Shown: positions 27,680-46,889 of the stretch, piece by piece
Layout: the number at the start of each line of letters is the position of its first letter
How positions within the stretch are numbered: position 1 is the stretch's first letter
Origin: Octopus vulgaris
Taxonomy: Eukaryota
Length of the DNA: 64,000 nt
Direction of reading: 5' to 3'
Assembly (NCBI GenBank): GCA_951406725.2
Contig: OX597840.1
Span: 14,446,001-14,510,000, forward strand
Notes under the pieces: generated by a model
What the model saw: the letters and a program-made list of their open reading frames with translations, nothing else
Told to the model about the DNA's origin: nothing
Database searches by the model: none
Translations under genes and position numbers: made by a program

Positions 27680-28095
27680 ATACCTTGGATCGTAGGGCGA
27701 CCTGCTGTGCTTGAGGAGACCTATTGAGTCAAGTACATCAACATCAAAAAATCAAATGGAAATTGTAGTTGTGATACCTGTGCCGGTGGCATGTATAAAG
27801 CACCATCTGAACGTGGCCGATGCCAGCGCTGCCTTGACCTGCTTCCGTGCCGGTGGCACATAAAAAGCACCAAGCGACCGTGGCCATTGCCAGCCTCCCC
27901 TGGCACCTGTGCCAGTGGCACGTAAAAAGCACCCACTACACTCACGGAGTGGTTGGCGTTGGGAAGGGCATCCAGCTGTAGAAACACTGCCAGATGAGAC
28001 TGGAGCCTGGTGCAGCCTCCTGGCTTCGCAGACCCCAGTCGAGCTGTCCAACCCATGCTAGCATGGAAAACGGACATTAAACGATGATGATGATG
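27680..28095 (+). mobile_element. RTE-type 3' UTR repeat with (GAT)n tail
   Basis: Reverse complement of 4655-5030. Confidence 0.8.
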
Positions 28096-28204
28096 ATATA
28101 TATATAGTTAATCCAAACATGAACAAAGAGAAAATACAAGAATGCAAGGATGTGGAATAAGTATAGTGTTATTGGATGCTCAGGAAAGGAAAGAAAGAAG
28201 GAGG

Positions 28205-28239
28205 ATTTAACATTTCAAGCGGAGCTCTTCATCAGAAAT
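28205..28239 (-). ncRNA. Minimal hammerhead-like motif inside a TA-flanked dispersed repeat (~28105-28322)
   Basis: Minus: ATTT-CTGATGA-A-GAGC(tcc)GCTT-GAAA-TG-TT-AAAT. Second family member at 61071. Confidence 0.7.
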
Positions 28240-28859
28240 ATAGCAAAAAGGAAAAAGTTCTAGAAAGGGAAGACAGAGAAAGAAAATCGCCAATGATACA
28301 CACGCAGTCACATATTGAAACGACTGGAAGGGAATGGGTGAAGAAAAAGTTCTATATATATATGTATGTATGAATATATAGATATATACGTTTTTTTTAT
28401 TAATAATTAACTGAAATTAAAGTAATTGAGAGGCCAAGAGTTTTGTGTATTAGCATGTGTGTGTCTGTGTAAGTGTCTATGTATATCTCAGTATACACAC
28501 ACAGACACATATATATATGCACTCACTCACATAAATGCACATATTTTTCAAAGTGTATGTAGTGTATATATACGTGTTTGGGTATCTCCCATAAACGGCT
28601 ATTGTTCAGCTCTTAATGTTTCCATTGTCCCAAGCCTTGTTCCTGCGCCACCACAGCAGCCCAACCCAACAGATCATGTCCTTTTTGTTTCGCAGCAATA
28701 AAGATGTCAGGCTTTCCACAGTCTGACATCTCCAATGTGAGATGTGAGGCACAAGTTAGATAAACACGTTACAACCACTCGGCTTTGGCATTTAAGGTTA
28801 GAGGATACATTGGACAACATGAAGTATGAGGTGCTGGAAAAAAGACATGAGATATACTC

Positions 28860-33960
<5,101 letters not shown>

Positions 33961-34668
33961 CATTTCTAGGTGAGCTTATGATTGTGTGTGTGTGTGTGCG
34001 TGTGTGTGAATGTGTGCACCCATACCTATATATTTACTATTACTTGTATCTGGTTGGTGCTAATGCCTTCAATCAATTTCATATGAGTATATATCAGTAT
34101 ATATATATATATATATATATGATGGGCTTCCTTTAGTTTCCGTCTACCAAATTCACTTGCAAAGCTTTGGTTCGCCCAAGAATATAGAAGATGATGCTTG
34201 CGCAAAATGCATACAGTGAGACTGAACCTGAAACCATCTGGTTGGGATGTAAGCTTCTTACCACACAGCCACATCTGTACCTATAAAGACGTATTCATAT
34301 GCATCGGCCACAATATAATTCACTGAGAATATTTGCTGTACAGAAGCAAAGTTGTAAATACAAAATATATCTGAAGTCTTCTTTACATATAAAACCAATT
34401 CTGCCTACCATACATATCATCATCATCACCACCACAACCACCATCATCAGCATCATTGTTGTCATCCCTATCATCACCACTCTACCACCATCATATACCA
34501 TCCCCCAACATGTATACAATGCCACCATTCCCCCACCCCACCCCATATACACTCAATATGTCTGTCCAATTCTTGTCATTTCCCAACCACATAATTCTTG
34601 TTTTTTTTCCATTCTTCCGCTTTTTACCTTAATTTTCCCATCCATTAACTATGTCTCCCTCTCTCTCT

Positions 34669-34704
<36 letters not shown>

Positions 34705-35310
34705 CTCTCTCTTTCTCTTACACTGTCCTTCCTTGTGTGCATACTCACACATGTACACACATATATACATACATGTATATGTAGATATCAACATACACAC
34801 TCACAAATAAATACATACATATATATATGCACATGTATATAAAATTAACCGTCCAAAATATTCCAGTCTTTTCCTCTCTTTGATGCTGCCTAATGACATT
34901 TTCTTAGTTTTGCCATTCTTTGTCTTCCATCATGTAGAATTCTACATCCATCTTTCATTCTGTATACACACAAATGTGCTTATGTCTGTATATGAATATA
35001 TAGTCATATGTGTATGTATATATGTGAGTATACACATACACACATACGTGCATACATACATACACACATATATTCACAGTTTTAAAACTATTTTTTCTCT
35101 ATTCACACACACAAACACACACACACACACACACACATGTGGGTGTATCTATATATATGTGGGGTGGATAGACACAAGCAGGGTTGTTTGATTAAGAAGT
35201 TCACTTTGCAACCACATTGTTTTAAGTTCACTCTCACTGAGAGGCACCTTTGGTAGGTGTCTTCTAGAATAGCCTCGAACTTAGGGACTGACCACATATA
35301 TGATACACAC

Positions 35311-35370
<60 letters not shown>

Positions 35371-35436
35371 GTATGTAGATATAAGTAGATATAGATAGAC
35401 AGTCATATGTATGTATGTATATAAGGCACAGATAAA

Positions 35437-35636
35437 TATGTGTCCATATTGCAGAAAGGACTCCTTCCAATCTTTTCCAGTGGTGAAATGATTAAAAAAG
35501 ACTATTTACTTATGGAAGATGGGGCTCCTTGTCACACGACTGAAATGACCCAAGATTTGTTGGATAAGAATGGCATTAAAAACTTTCCATGGCCAAACCA
35601 GTCACCAGATATGAACCCTATCGAACACTTCTGGGA
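35437..35636 (+). pseudogene. Tc1 transposase catalytic C-terminal fragment (DD34E)
   Basis: EDGAPCHT...WPNQSPDMNPIEHFW, with 34 residues between D and E. Confidence 0.85.
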
Positions 35637-35757
35637 CAACCAACCACATGGTCCCAGGTTTAGTCCCACTGCATGGCACCATGTAGCTTCTACTATCACC
35701 TTGAACTGACTAAAGCCTTGTGAGTGGATTTGGTAGACAGAAACTGAAAGAATCCCA

Positions 35758-35792
<35 letters not shown>

Positions 35793-36020
35793 ATGTGTGT
35801 GTGTGTGTGTGTGTACATATTTGTGTGTCCTCCCACCATCTGTTGAGAACTGATGTTGGTATTTTTATGTCCCCCATAACTTGGTGGCTCAGCAAAAGAG
35901 ACCGATAGAATAAGTATTAGGCTTACAAAGAATAAATTCTGGGGTAGATGTGTTTGACTAAAGATTGTGCTCCAGCATGGCCACAGTCAACTGACTGAAA
36001 CAAGTAAAAGAATAAAAGAA
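35637..36020 (+). mobile_element. tRNA SINE (5' truncated)
   Basis: Matches the 24033 family. Confidence 0.8.
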
Positions 36021-36169
36021 TATATATATACAGAGACATGCCAAAAGTAAATAGGCACTCTTATAATCATCAAAATGTATTTAAATCTTAAATTATACAT
36101 TTACATTATTTATTAGTGGTTATAATGTTAATATTTAATATTTAGTTGACAAATCCTTTGCATTTTTCA

Positions 36170-36295
36170 ATGCAAGGACCCACACACCCTTACTCTAAAA
36201 TATGTAACCTCTGCCTTGAAGAGACAATCATTGTAAGATTATGTAAGGATAAATTAATAAACAAACACTTGGAGATAATCCTCACATGCAACCGC
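36170..36295 (+). pseudogene. Penelope-like element GIY-YIG endonuclease C-terminal fragment
   Basis: YSKICNLCLEETIIVRLCKDKLINKHLEIILTC resembles the CxLCLxEK...LLNxRxE...C tail of PLE ORFs (pattern recalled, not searched). Confidence 0.5.
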
Positions 36296-36677
36296 ATCAG
36301 CCCTAGAAGGATGAAATGTGACTTTATTGGTATTTGAACACAGGAACGCAAAATGTTAAAACATTTCCTGTTAGACACTTTTTAGAAGCAGTTAATTCTT
36401 ATATAGTTGTTAATTCTTAGCTGTTACTATTTATTTTTTCTTTAGCTGTTAATCACGATCTGTTAAATCTTAGCAGTTAATTTTCAATTATTAATTCTTA
36501 ACTATAAAATATTAGCTAATAGCTGTTAGTAATTAACAGTTATTTATTCATTATTAGTTGCTAATTGTTAGCAGTTAACTTTTTTAAAGATTGCAAGGAT
36601 ATTTGGCTGCTTTTATTAGCAGGTCAAATAATGACCTGTGGACTCATTCTCAGAAGTATTGGTATAATTACCATCAA

Positions 36678-37305
36678 TTAAGGCGGTCAAGTGGCAGAAT
36701 CATGAGCACACTGGGCAAAATACTTAGCTGTATTTCATCTGTCTTTACGTTCTGAGTTCAAATTATGCCGAGGCTGACTTTGCCGTTCATCCTTTCAGGG
36801 TTGATAAATTAAGTACCAGTTGCAGACTGGGGTTGCTCTAATTGACTGGCTCCCTCTCCAAAAATTTCGGGCCTTGCGCCTAGAGGAGGAAAGAATATTT
36901 TAAGACAGCAAGCTTGCAGAAGCGTTAGCATGTCATGCAAAATGCTTAGAGGTATTTCGTCTGTCTTTACATTCTGAGTTCAAATTCCACCGAGGTCGAC
37001 TTTACCTTTCATCCTTTCGGGATCAATAAATTAAGTACCAGTTGTGGACTGGGGTTCATCTAATCGACTAGTCTCCTCCTCAAAAATTTCGGGCCTTGTG
37101 CCTTGAGTAGAAAAAAATTGTTAGCATACTGAGGAAATGCTTAGTTGCATTTTGACCATTCTGAGTTCAAATTTCACCAACGTCAACTTTGCTTTCATCC
37201 TTTGGTGGGGGGCAGGGGTCAATAGAATAAGTACCAGTTAGATACTGGGGGTTGATGTAATCTACCCCCCCTCCAATTACTGACCTTGAGGCAAAATTTG
37301 AAACC
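36678..37305 (+). mobile_element. Three tandem tRNA SINE copies (Meta/Sauria-like central domain)
   Basis: Three ~210-bp units with GAGTTCAAATT and TTCATCCTTTCGGGxTCxATAAATTAAGTACCAG. Confidence 0.8.
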
Positions 37306-37769
37306 AATATTAGCATTAATCACAAAGTGAACCCTAATCCAACAAACCCAATGTCATAGGTGTTCCAGCCATGACCATCTCATATACTTTATTGAAAATA
37401 TGTGTTTCTGGGACTCACATTATACCCTAAGGGAATTAAATGTCACTTGGTGATGGTTGCTGTTTATAGCGGGTAAAATAAGATAGAGGCACCATTCATT
37501 GTATCATTTTGTGCTCTTTTTAATGAGATGACAAGGTATGGTTTAAGGGAGGATTGGCTGTTGTTTCTAACAAAGTAAGTAACCATATAGAGACATCTCC
37601 TCACTACCTCATTAATTTCTACAAAAAATATAAAACTGTGTTTTTTTTTAGCAACTTGGAAACTCTAAGGAGTTCTGGAATCTGAGAGTCACCAACTGAA
37701 GCTGGATGATTAGTAAATAACAATGAAGATGGTGACAACAACACATCAAATACAGAATAGATAACACAT

Positions 37770-38395
37770 GGGAAAGTCAGTCAATGTACACCACTATCCC
37801 AGAAAGAATATAAGAGATGTCATGACAATATAGCAAGGATTGTCCATTGGACACTTTGCAACAAGTATAGTCTTGACAGAGCAAAAAAGTGGTATGAACA
37901 TAAACTCAAAGGCATCATTGAAAATGATAATGCAAAGATCCTATGGGATTTTAAGATTCAGTGTGACCATGAGATAGAGAATAGAAAACCATATATAGTG
38001 TTTATTGAGAAAGAAAGCAAAGGATGCCGAATCATAGATATAGCATGCCCAGCTGACAACAAGGTATGAGATAAGGAAGAAAAGAAAGTTGATAGATATG
38101 ACAGGTTAGCTTGGGAATTTAAGCAGTTGTGGTCTCTGAAAAAGGTGGTAGTAGTACCAATAATTGTTGGAGCCCTGGGAACAGTGAGTAAAAATCTTGA
38201 GAAGTACATTGGACAAATAGGGGCTGCAATAAGGGTGGAGCAGAAAACAGCATTGCTTGGAACCACTCGAATACTCTGGAAAGTACTCGAAAAACAAGAG
38301 GTGTTACCTTAGTTCACTGGTAGTGAACAGGTACCACCATAGTACATCTCCAGTATTAGAAGCTGTTCAAAGGCAATAATAATAATAATAACAAC
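37770..38395 (+). pseudogene. R4/Dong-clade LINE 3' end (restriction-like endonuclease) with (TAA)n tail
   Basis: HDNIARIVHWTLC, ILWDFKIQCDHEIENRKP, VVVVPIIVGALGTV, KTALLGTTRIL; internal stop. Confidence 0.85.
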
Positions 38396-38949
38396 TCCAT
38401 TCTATTGAAGGCACAAGGTCTCAAATTTGTGGGGAGGGGACTAGTTGATTAAATTGACTGCCCCCCACACACAGTACTTGACTGGTACTTAATTTATCGA
38501 CCCTGAAAGGATGAAAGGCAAAGTCAACCTTGGCAGAATTTGAACTCAGAACATAAAGACTGATAAAATAATGCTAAACTCTTCACCCAGTGTGATAACA
38601 ATTCTGCTACTTCGTCACCCTAATAATAATAATAATAATAATAATAATGATAATAATAATAATTATAAAAATAATAATAGGACAGTTTATTACATTTTAT
38701 TAATTTATTTCCAACACAAATCACCTAATCACAGACAAGTGATACACAGATGTATAGATGTATTGATACACACTCACACACACACACACACACACACACC
38801 AACACATGCTTGATGCTAGTATGCAAATTTGTTGCATAAATAGCATAAAATGTAAACATGGGACTCTATTTATATTTATAAGAACAGTATTAAAAAATGT
38901 CCCATGCCTCTGTGTGTGTGTGTACATGCATTTGTGTAGGCACATGTGA

Positions 38950-38962
38950 GCATGTATATATG

Positions 38963-39016
<54 letters not shown>

Positions 39017-39164
39017 CATACACATATACATATATATATGTATATATATATATATACATATATACATATATATATGTATATATATATATATATATACATA
39101 CACATATACATATATATATGTATATATATATATATATATACATACACATATACATATATATATG

Positions 39165-39195
<31 letters not shown>

Positions 39196-39198
39196 ATG

Positions 39199-39229
<31 letters not shown>

Positions 39230-39369
39230 ATGTATATATATATATATACATACACATATACATATATATATGTATATATATATACATACACATATACATA
39301 TATATATGTATATATATATACATACACATATACATATATATATGTATATATATATACATACACATATAC

Positions 39370-39400
<31 letters not shown>
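38950..39400. repeat. (TA)/(CATA) compound microsatellite
   Basis: Direct inspection. Confidence 0.95.
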
Positions 39401-39927
39401 TTCACATACCTATTTGTTTGTGTATATGCATGTATACCTGACAAATCCCGCTTTAAAAGGATTAATTAAAGCACTCAAAAGAGGGAAAATGAAAGACAAA
39501 CACACAAGAAACCAAAGAGGAAATGATGTGATGTTTGTCCCAGAACCTTTAAAAGTACATGTGATCTGAGGGGATGCGGGTGTTATTAGTGGTGGGGATG
39601 GCTGTGGTGGTGATGGTTTTATTGCTTGAGGTTGTTGTTGCTGTTGCTGTTGTCAAGGTAGAAATTTGCAGAATATGATAGTGAGATAGAAATATATCAC
39701 ATTTGCTGTGTGTGGGTGTGTGCGTGTGACTGTGTGTGCATGTGTGTATCCATCCATCCATCCCTCCATCTGTACGTATGTATGTATGTATGTATTGTTG
39801 AATGCATACAAGTGAGTGTTTGTATGCAAATATTTGTATTTGTGCTTACACTCAGTTTGCACATTCACATATCCGTGCATATTTGTACATTTATGTATTG
39901 ATATACCTTTCATTATTCATGTGTATG

Positions 39928-39962
<35 letters not shown>

Positions 39963-40314
39963 GTTTATATAAATATATGTGTGTGTGTGTCTGTGTATAT
40001 AAATGTATATATACATGTATATTATTTATTATTATATAATTATATATAACCATATGTATGTGTGTATATATATGTGTGTATGTACATGTGTATATGTATA
40101 TTGAATTAGAAAGTGGGAATAAAAGAATTTACGAAACGAAAAAAAAAACGAAGGGAAAGAAGTTGAGAAATGAATTAAAAGAGAAGAAAATTGAGCGAGA
40201 AAGGGAGGAGATGATATTATTACTACCACCACCCACCACTGTATAAAATCAATAAGGGAAAAGAGAAGCTAAAGAGATTTGAAAATGTAATAAGTTAATA
40301 CAAAGATAGTCAGT

Positions 40315-40368
<54 letters not shown>

Positions 40369-40664
40369 TATGTATGTATGTATATGTATGGGCACACACA
40401 CACACTCATGCATGTAGATGTGTGCATAGTAAACTATAGATGTACAGATACATATATGTGTGTGTCATAGTTATGTGTTGGTATCCTTGTTTCTATTTAA
40501 TCTGTGCATATAGTCATGAGAACATCTATGTGCATATCTTCGTGCATATTAATTTGCATACATATTGTTCGTATGTATTAGGTCATGCAGATTTATATGT
40601 ATGTACGCATGCATCTGTGTGTGTTTAAGTGTATTTTCATTCATACATATGTGTATGCATATAC

Positions 40665-40890
40665 CTATTTCTTTATTACCCACAAGGGGCTAAACACAGA
40701 GGAGACAAACAAGGGCAGACATAGGTATTAAGTCGATTACATCGACCCCAGTGAGTAACTGGTACTTAATTTATCGACCCCGAAAGGATGAAAGGCAGTC
40801 GACCTCGGCGGAATTTGAACTCAGAACGTAGCGGCAGACGAAATACGGCTACGCATTTTGCCCGGCGTGCTAACGTTTCTGCCAGCTCGC
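40665..40890 (-). mobile_element. tRNA SINE, young-looking copy
   Basis: Retains many CpGs; same family as 48555-48765. Confidence 0.85.
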
Positions 40891-41289
40891 ATATACCTAT
40901 ACATATATACACATATACATACATATATATTTACATATATATATAGTGAAGGCACATGGCTCAGTGGTTACAGCATTGAGCTTACAATTGTGAGGTTGTG
41001 AGCTTGAGACTGAAACAAGCAAAAGATGAAAGTTAAATAACAAAATTCAAATGTCACAACAAATTGTTTCATAACTTAAAAACATGTAAATATTTTAAAT
41101 TTACTTATTGTTAAATCAAAACTTCATCAAACTATTTCTCCGTCATTTCTGACTTTATTCATTCCTTATCTTTTCCTCTTGTATTGGTATCATGCTATGT
41201 AGTCTGTATGTTTGGTAGAATGATACATTAAGGGGCTTTTTTTATGAGAACTACCAGATTACTTGAATCTATATATTGTAACTTAAATA

Positions 41290-42420
41290 TATATATATAT
41301 ACACACACACACACAGTAAATGTCCTTTGAAAATAATTTTATGGCTTCCAGTAAAACCCCAATTTAAATTCACTTTCTTTAGTCGATACAACAAATAGTG
41401 TATATGGAAAAATTAAGTAGTTCTTTTAGATTTATGTGAAGATGGCATCAATAGTTGACTTGTTTGCCCCCTATTTATGAATCTCTAATTCTTTCCGATA
41501 ACGATTTATTGCTATAATTACATGTACTTTAGGTTTTAGGCTTTGTTTATAATTCGGTTTATTTTCTGAAAATCACTCCAAAGCATGAGATATTTCATTA
41601 AGTCTTTTAGTTAAGGCTTTCTGTCATGAAACCCAGTTTTGGTGGTGTTGGTGGTGGGGAGTCTCATCTTTGGAATCTAAACTAGACTCTTGTTGTTTGT
41701 TAATGTTTTCTGGTCTTCATACAATAAATTCTGACTTAAAACTCCACCAATTTCTTCAAATTTTATCTACAATCTGTAGAAAACCATTGCAAAAGAGAAT
41801 GTTTCATTTTCTATCATTTGTTTCTTTTAACTGCTTTTGGATATAGTTTTCCAAATTCCAAAAGGGCATAGAAGGTTCTAATTCTTCTAGAATTCTTTAA
41901 CCAACTGCTGTTCATCATAAATCACTTTAATTAATTATTCTTCTGAGACAATATATCTTGAATGTAGAAAGAAATTCCTGACAATAGGCTGTAGTAATGA
42001 AGTCCTGTTTGGTGAAATGTGAACAATTTCCGCAGGTATACATGTTTGGATTAAAGTGAAATTTGGATAATGACCAGCAGTCCACAATAATGTTTGGCAG
42101 TAGACTAGAAATATTTAACAAACCATTCAGCAAACAGATCCTGTATAACCCAGGTTTGTTGTTTCAGTTCCCATTGGAAATGCCAGCAGAATTTGGAGAT
42201 GCCTTTTAGTGTTCTTTCAACAAGTTCCAAGTCTCCACTAATATTTGATATCAACAACAATATTTTCCCATTTTATTTCTCTTTTGAAATGGAAGTTTTA
42301 GAAAAAATCCATTTCGAAATCTCTCATATCCACATATTCATCTCCATTAAAAATTAGTTTTGGTTGATTTAATACTAACCTTCAAAGATCCCTTCTTCAT
42401 AATCCAGGTTTTAATGCCAA
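41290..42420 (-). pseudogene. Tigger/pogo transposase remnant
   Basis: Minus frames RTLKGISK, QTWVIQDLFAEWFVKYF, ISPNRTSLLQP, STFKIYCLRR match DDE_1 motifs (KAWVT..LF.DWF; PPNTTSLLQPMDQG). Extent approximate. Confidence 0.65.
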
Positions 42421-42472
42421 AGAGAAGAATGCTTCCATCCCTCTCTCTCTCTTTATATATATATATATACAG

Positions 42473-42514
42473 AATCCCTGAAGAAGGCGAGTCATATAAC
42501 TGAAATACTTGATT
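42473..42514 (+). ncRNA. Degenerate hammerhead-like motif just after (TA)n
   Basis: AATCC-CTGAAGA-AG...AACT-GAAA-TAC-TT-GATT; stem II poorly paired. Confidence 0.35.
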
Positions 42515-43004
42515 AATCAATGTTGTGGAAGTTGTTACAAACACTCGAGGACTGTCCTTTGTGTATGAGGAAGTGTTTCCATACAAGAATGAATAAAAGA
42601 TTTATAAAAAGGATGAAAGCAGTGAAGGGAAACATAATGATGAGCTCAGAAGAGAGAACCAGCTTTCATAGTGGCGCATTTAGGGAGAGATCTAAAATTA
42701 TAATCAATACAAAAAGTTTAACCTAAAATTGGACATAAAAACAGGAATATTATCAGAGTATGTGTAGGGGTGGGGGTGGGGGGTTAATGGAAAGGAGTTT
42801 AGTTTTTACAGAGTTGAAAGTAATGAAAGATAGAACTCTGCCATTAGTCATCAAATGGAGATGACACTGAAGAGAACCAACTATTTCCTCATCATCTCCG
42901 TGAACACCCCCATCATCATCACCACCACCACCGCCACTCTGATCAAATAAGACTTCAAATTCAAGCAAGGAATACAAAGTGTAATCAATAAGGTCTGAAA
43001 GATC

Positions 43005-43420
43005 ATGAATGAATAATCTGAGGTGGCTGGGGCATGTCAGGAGAATGGATGACCATCGAATCCCGAAGCAACTGCTCTCTGGAGAACTGGCCCAGGGCAA
43101 GAGACCAAGAGGAAGACCAAAACTGAGGTATAAGGAGACTTGCAAAACTAGTTTGTCCAAGTGTGAGGTGGATGTCAGCACCTGGGAAAAGAGGGCTGAG
43201 GACAGAACAACATAGGGGACTGTGGTGAAGGAAGGAACTGCTTCAATAGGGAGCAGCTACAGAAACAAACAAGTTTAGAAGCATCAGTGGTGAAAGGAAA
43301 ACAACAGAAATGCAGAGCACTGAGAGCCACCCTCTTGGTATTCAAGTACTGTGACAGAAGCTGCACTTCAATCATAGGAAAAATCCATGATGAAAGAAGC
43401 TGCAAGAAAGGGAGCCCCTG
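43005..43420 (+). pseudogene. RTE/BovB-type LINE ORF C-terminus
   Basis: LRWLGHVRRMDDHRIPKQLLSGELAQGKRPRGRPKLRYKE...WEKRAEDR. Confidence 0.9.
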
Positions 43421-44068
43421 ATATGTTCAATTAAGTGACCTCTAAGCTAAATTGACCGTCTGCATAGATGAAAAGGGCCAGAGCATCTTATACAGTTCTC
43501 TGGATATATTACTATATCTAATAGATGTATGTAAAATATATAAACACATATTTTATTCATTTCTCTAGATATATTACTATGGTTAACGGTTGTGTATAAA
43601 ATATATACACACATATGCTCCCGTCATCTGAAATATATTGGGAATAAATCCCCAGTTGTAGAGTTTGAGCCATTATCTCTAAATAGGAATCTAAGAATAT
43701 CATAGGTATTGGAATTCTTGAGAAAATTCAGTTAACTATCGAGGGAAATATATATATATATGTCTTGTTTTATTTCTGTGTCCTTTAAAATTTGCATTAT
43801 TTGCTATATTAATATATTTCTACATCTGAATTTTGATTTCATTCTATATTCACTCTCTCTTTCTCTCTCATTCACGAGATGAAAATTAACCACATCATCA
43901 TCATCATCATGTCCAACTTTATCCGCTGAGTTCAAATTCCGCTGGGGTCGACTTTGCCATTCATCCTTTTGGGATTGATAAAACAAGTACCAGCTGAGCC
44001 CTAGGGCCGATGTAATTGACTTATCCCCCCTCCTCCAAAATTGCTGCCCTTGTGGTAAAATTTGAAAC

Positions 44069-44107
<39 letters not shown>

Positions 44108-45319
44108 CATTGTCATCATTCTTGTTTGACTTGAAGGTTAAAAGACATTGATTAAAATATCCTTTTTATTTATATTAATTACCATAGATTTTCTTCGTCT
44201 CCTTCCCCTTATTCCACCTGATCATCATCATCACCTCCACCACCACCACCTTTATCATCATCATTATCATCATTGTTGTCATTGTCATCGTAATCATTAT
44301 CAACAACAACACTGCCATCAATTTTGAGAACTTATTCAAGGGATCCATTGCAGGAGCCTCTATATGGATACTTGGCCTTCTGGAAACAGCAGCCAAATAC
44401 CTTTCAAATCATATTTCGCTGTCTTAAAGAAGGAAGGAAATATTGCAATTCATAGTCCTAGATATACATTGCCTTTGAAAAAGATGGGTTGGTTAAGACA
44501 TAAATACTATTGATCAGAATAAGCCTTGGGTTGAAGAACATCATCAACCACTAGTGGTTGTTCAATCTGCAAGAAATAGCAGCCAGATCCTCCTCAAATC
44601 TCATACGCTTGAAAAATAAGAGAAACATTTGTTAATAGAATACCACAATGCCCTTAAAATTTTGGCGATGGTCATCGTTGGATTACGTTTGATCATTGAT
44701 TTACTCAACCAGAAGTGACCTAGGGCCAAGCAGTAGCAGCAGCAACAATAACGACTTGTGTTTTTCTTTGAATATTTTTTTGTTCTATTTACATGAGGCA
44801 GTTTTAGCATGGAACAGGGAAAGAAAAAGGAATAGTGGTGGTTCAAATCCTGCTGAGGTTGGCTTTACCTATCATGCTTTTGGGATTGATAAAGTATAGT
44901 ACCAGTCATGTACTGGGGTTGATTTAATTAACTAAACATTCCCATTAAACTTGTCTGATCACACAATGTTCAAAATTGTTATATTTTTGGTATTATTATT
45001 ATTATCATCATTATTTTAAGATGGTAAACTGGCTGAATTATGAGCATGCCGGGCAAAATGATTCGTGGCATTTCATATGTCTTTACATTCTGAGTTCAAA
45101 TTCCATGAAGGTCAACTTTGCATTTTATCACTTCAAGAGTCAATGAAACAAGTACCTGTTGAATACTGGGGTCGATGGACTCAACTTATCCCCTCCCCTA
45201 AAATTGCTGGCTTTGGACCAAAATTTAAAACCATAATTAATATCATTGTTTTAAGGTGGCAGATTGGCAAAATCATTAGCACACCTGGCAAAATGCTTAG
45301 CAGTATTTCGTCCATCTTT

Positions 45320-45780
45320 TCAATCATCATCATCATCATTTAACGTCCGTTTTCCATGCTAGCATGGGTTGGATGGTTTGACCGGGGTCTGGGAATCCAG
45401 GAGGCTGCACCAGGCTATTGTCTGATTTGGCTGTGTTTCTACAGCTGGATGCCCTTCCTAATGCCAACCACTCTGTGAGTGTAGTGCGTGCTTTTTACAT
45501 GCCACCAGCACAGGTGCCAGAGGAGGCTGGCAATGGCCACGATCAGTTGGTGCTTTTTACGTGCCACCGGCATGGAAGCCAGTCAAGGTGGCACTGGCAT
45601 TGGCCATATTTGGATGGTGCTTTTTGGGTGCTTTTTATGTGCCACCGGTAAGGTGCCAGGGGAAGCTGGCAATGGTCATGATCGGTTGGTGCTTTTTATG
45701 TGCCACCAGCATGGAAGCCAGTCAAGACGGCGCTGGCATTGGCCACGTTTGGTAGTGCTTTTTATGTGCTACCAGCACGT
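45320..45780 (-). mobile_element. RTE-type 3' UTR repeat with internal ~55-bp tandem units
   Basis: Matches the 4655 and 55880 copies. Confidence 0.8.
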
Positions 45781-46179
45781 AATCCTACTGAGGTCAGCTT
45801 TGCCTTTCATCCTTTTGGGGTCGATAAATTGTGGTAAAATTTGAAACCATTATGATTATTATTATTATTATTCTATGTTTGACTTTTGCTTTATATTTGT
45901 ACAAGTTGGCTCCGAGTCTCACCCAGAGACCTCAAGAGGCAATAGGTTGGAAGTTTGTATTGTTGTTATGCCTAGTGTGCCATATATTTGGTTTTGTATT
46001 TAGTGTTGTACTAGTGAATGCCTAAAAAAAAAGAAAAAAAAAAGTTATGTTTGTTTTAAAACTTGAGGTTACATAGAAAGTATTTTGCATAGGATATGAG
46101 CAGTTCCCATGAGCACTATCTTTTGAATTTCTGCCATTTTGGGGTTTCCTGGTATCTGAGTTAGGTAGCGATCACCCCC

Positions 46180-46235
<56 letters not shown>

Positions 46236-46715
46236 TAGTCTTATTTTTCCACGTGCATTCACTGCACTACCAAGCACAGCTCTGTATGCCTTGAGTATGT
46301 GCTGTGGTTTGTTCTGATGCTCTTATGGTTATTGTATTGAAAGTGTTTTACGTAGGATGTGTGCGGTACCTAGTAGTGCAATTTTCTGTATGTTATATAG
46401 ATTTGTTAGTCCTGGTGTTTTTGTTATGTATTTGTCTGAATAATTTTTTATCATACCTAATGCACCTACTATGATAGGAATTGTTTCTGCTTTTAAACTC
46501 CACTTTCAAGTTGCCTCTATTTCCAGTTCTTTGTATTTTGAAAGTTTCTCCATTTCTTTTAGAGAAATGTTGTCATCTGTTGGTATTGATACATCAATTA
46601 GAAAGCATTTTTTTTCTTCATGATCTCTGACAACCATATCTGGCCTATTGGCCTTAATTTCTCTATCTCTGTATATTGGCATATCACATTATATTATTGC
46701 TTTCTCATTTTCTGT
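46180..46715 (-). pseudogene. R4/Dong LINE 3' end with (TAA)n tail
   Basis: Minus frame PGLTNLYNIQKIALLGTAHILRKTLSIQ* followed by UTR and (TAA)n. Confidence 0.8.
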
Positions 46716-46889
46716 GACCCTTCTTCTTCTTCTTCTTCTTCTTCTTCTTCTTCTTCTTCTTCTTCTTCTTCTTCTTCTCCTACTTCTCCTCCTCCTCCTC
46801 CTTCTTATTATTCTTATTCTCCATTTCCTCCTCCTCCTCCTGTTAGCCACTACACTTACATAAGAGATAATTGCTACTTTCTTCTTTCC

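Noticed and set aside
28611-28800. Possible exon in a non-repetitive island
   Set aside because: Acceptor-like AGs are present, but frames close quickly and no recognisable peptide results.
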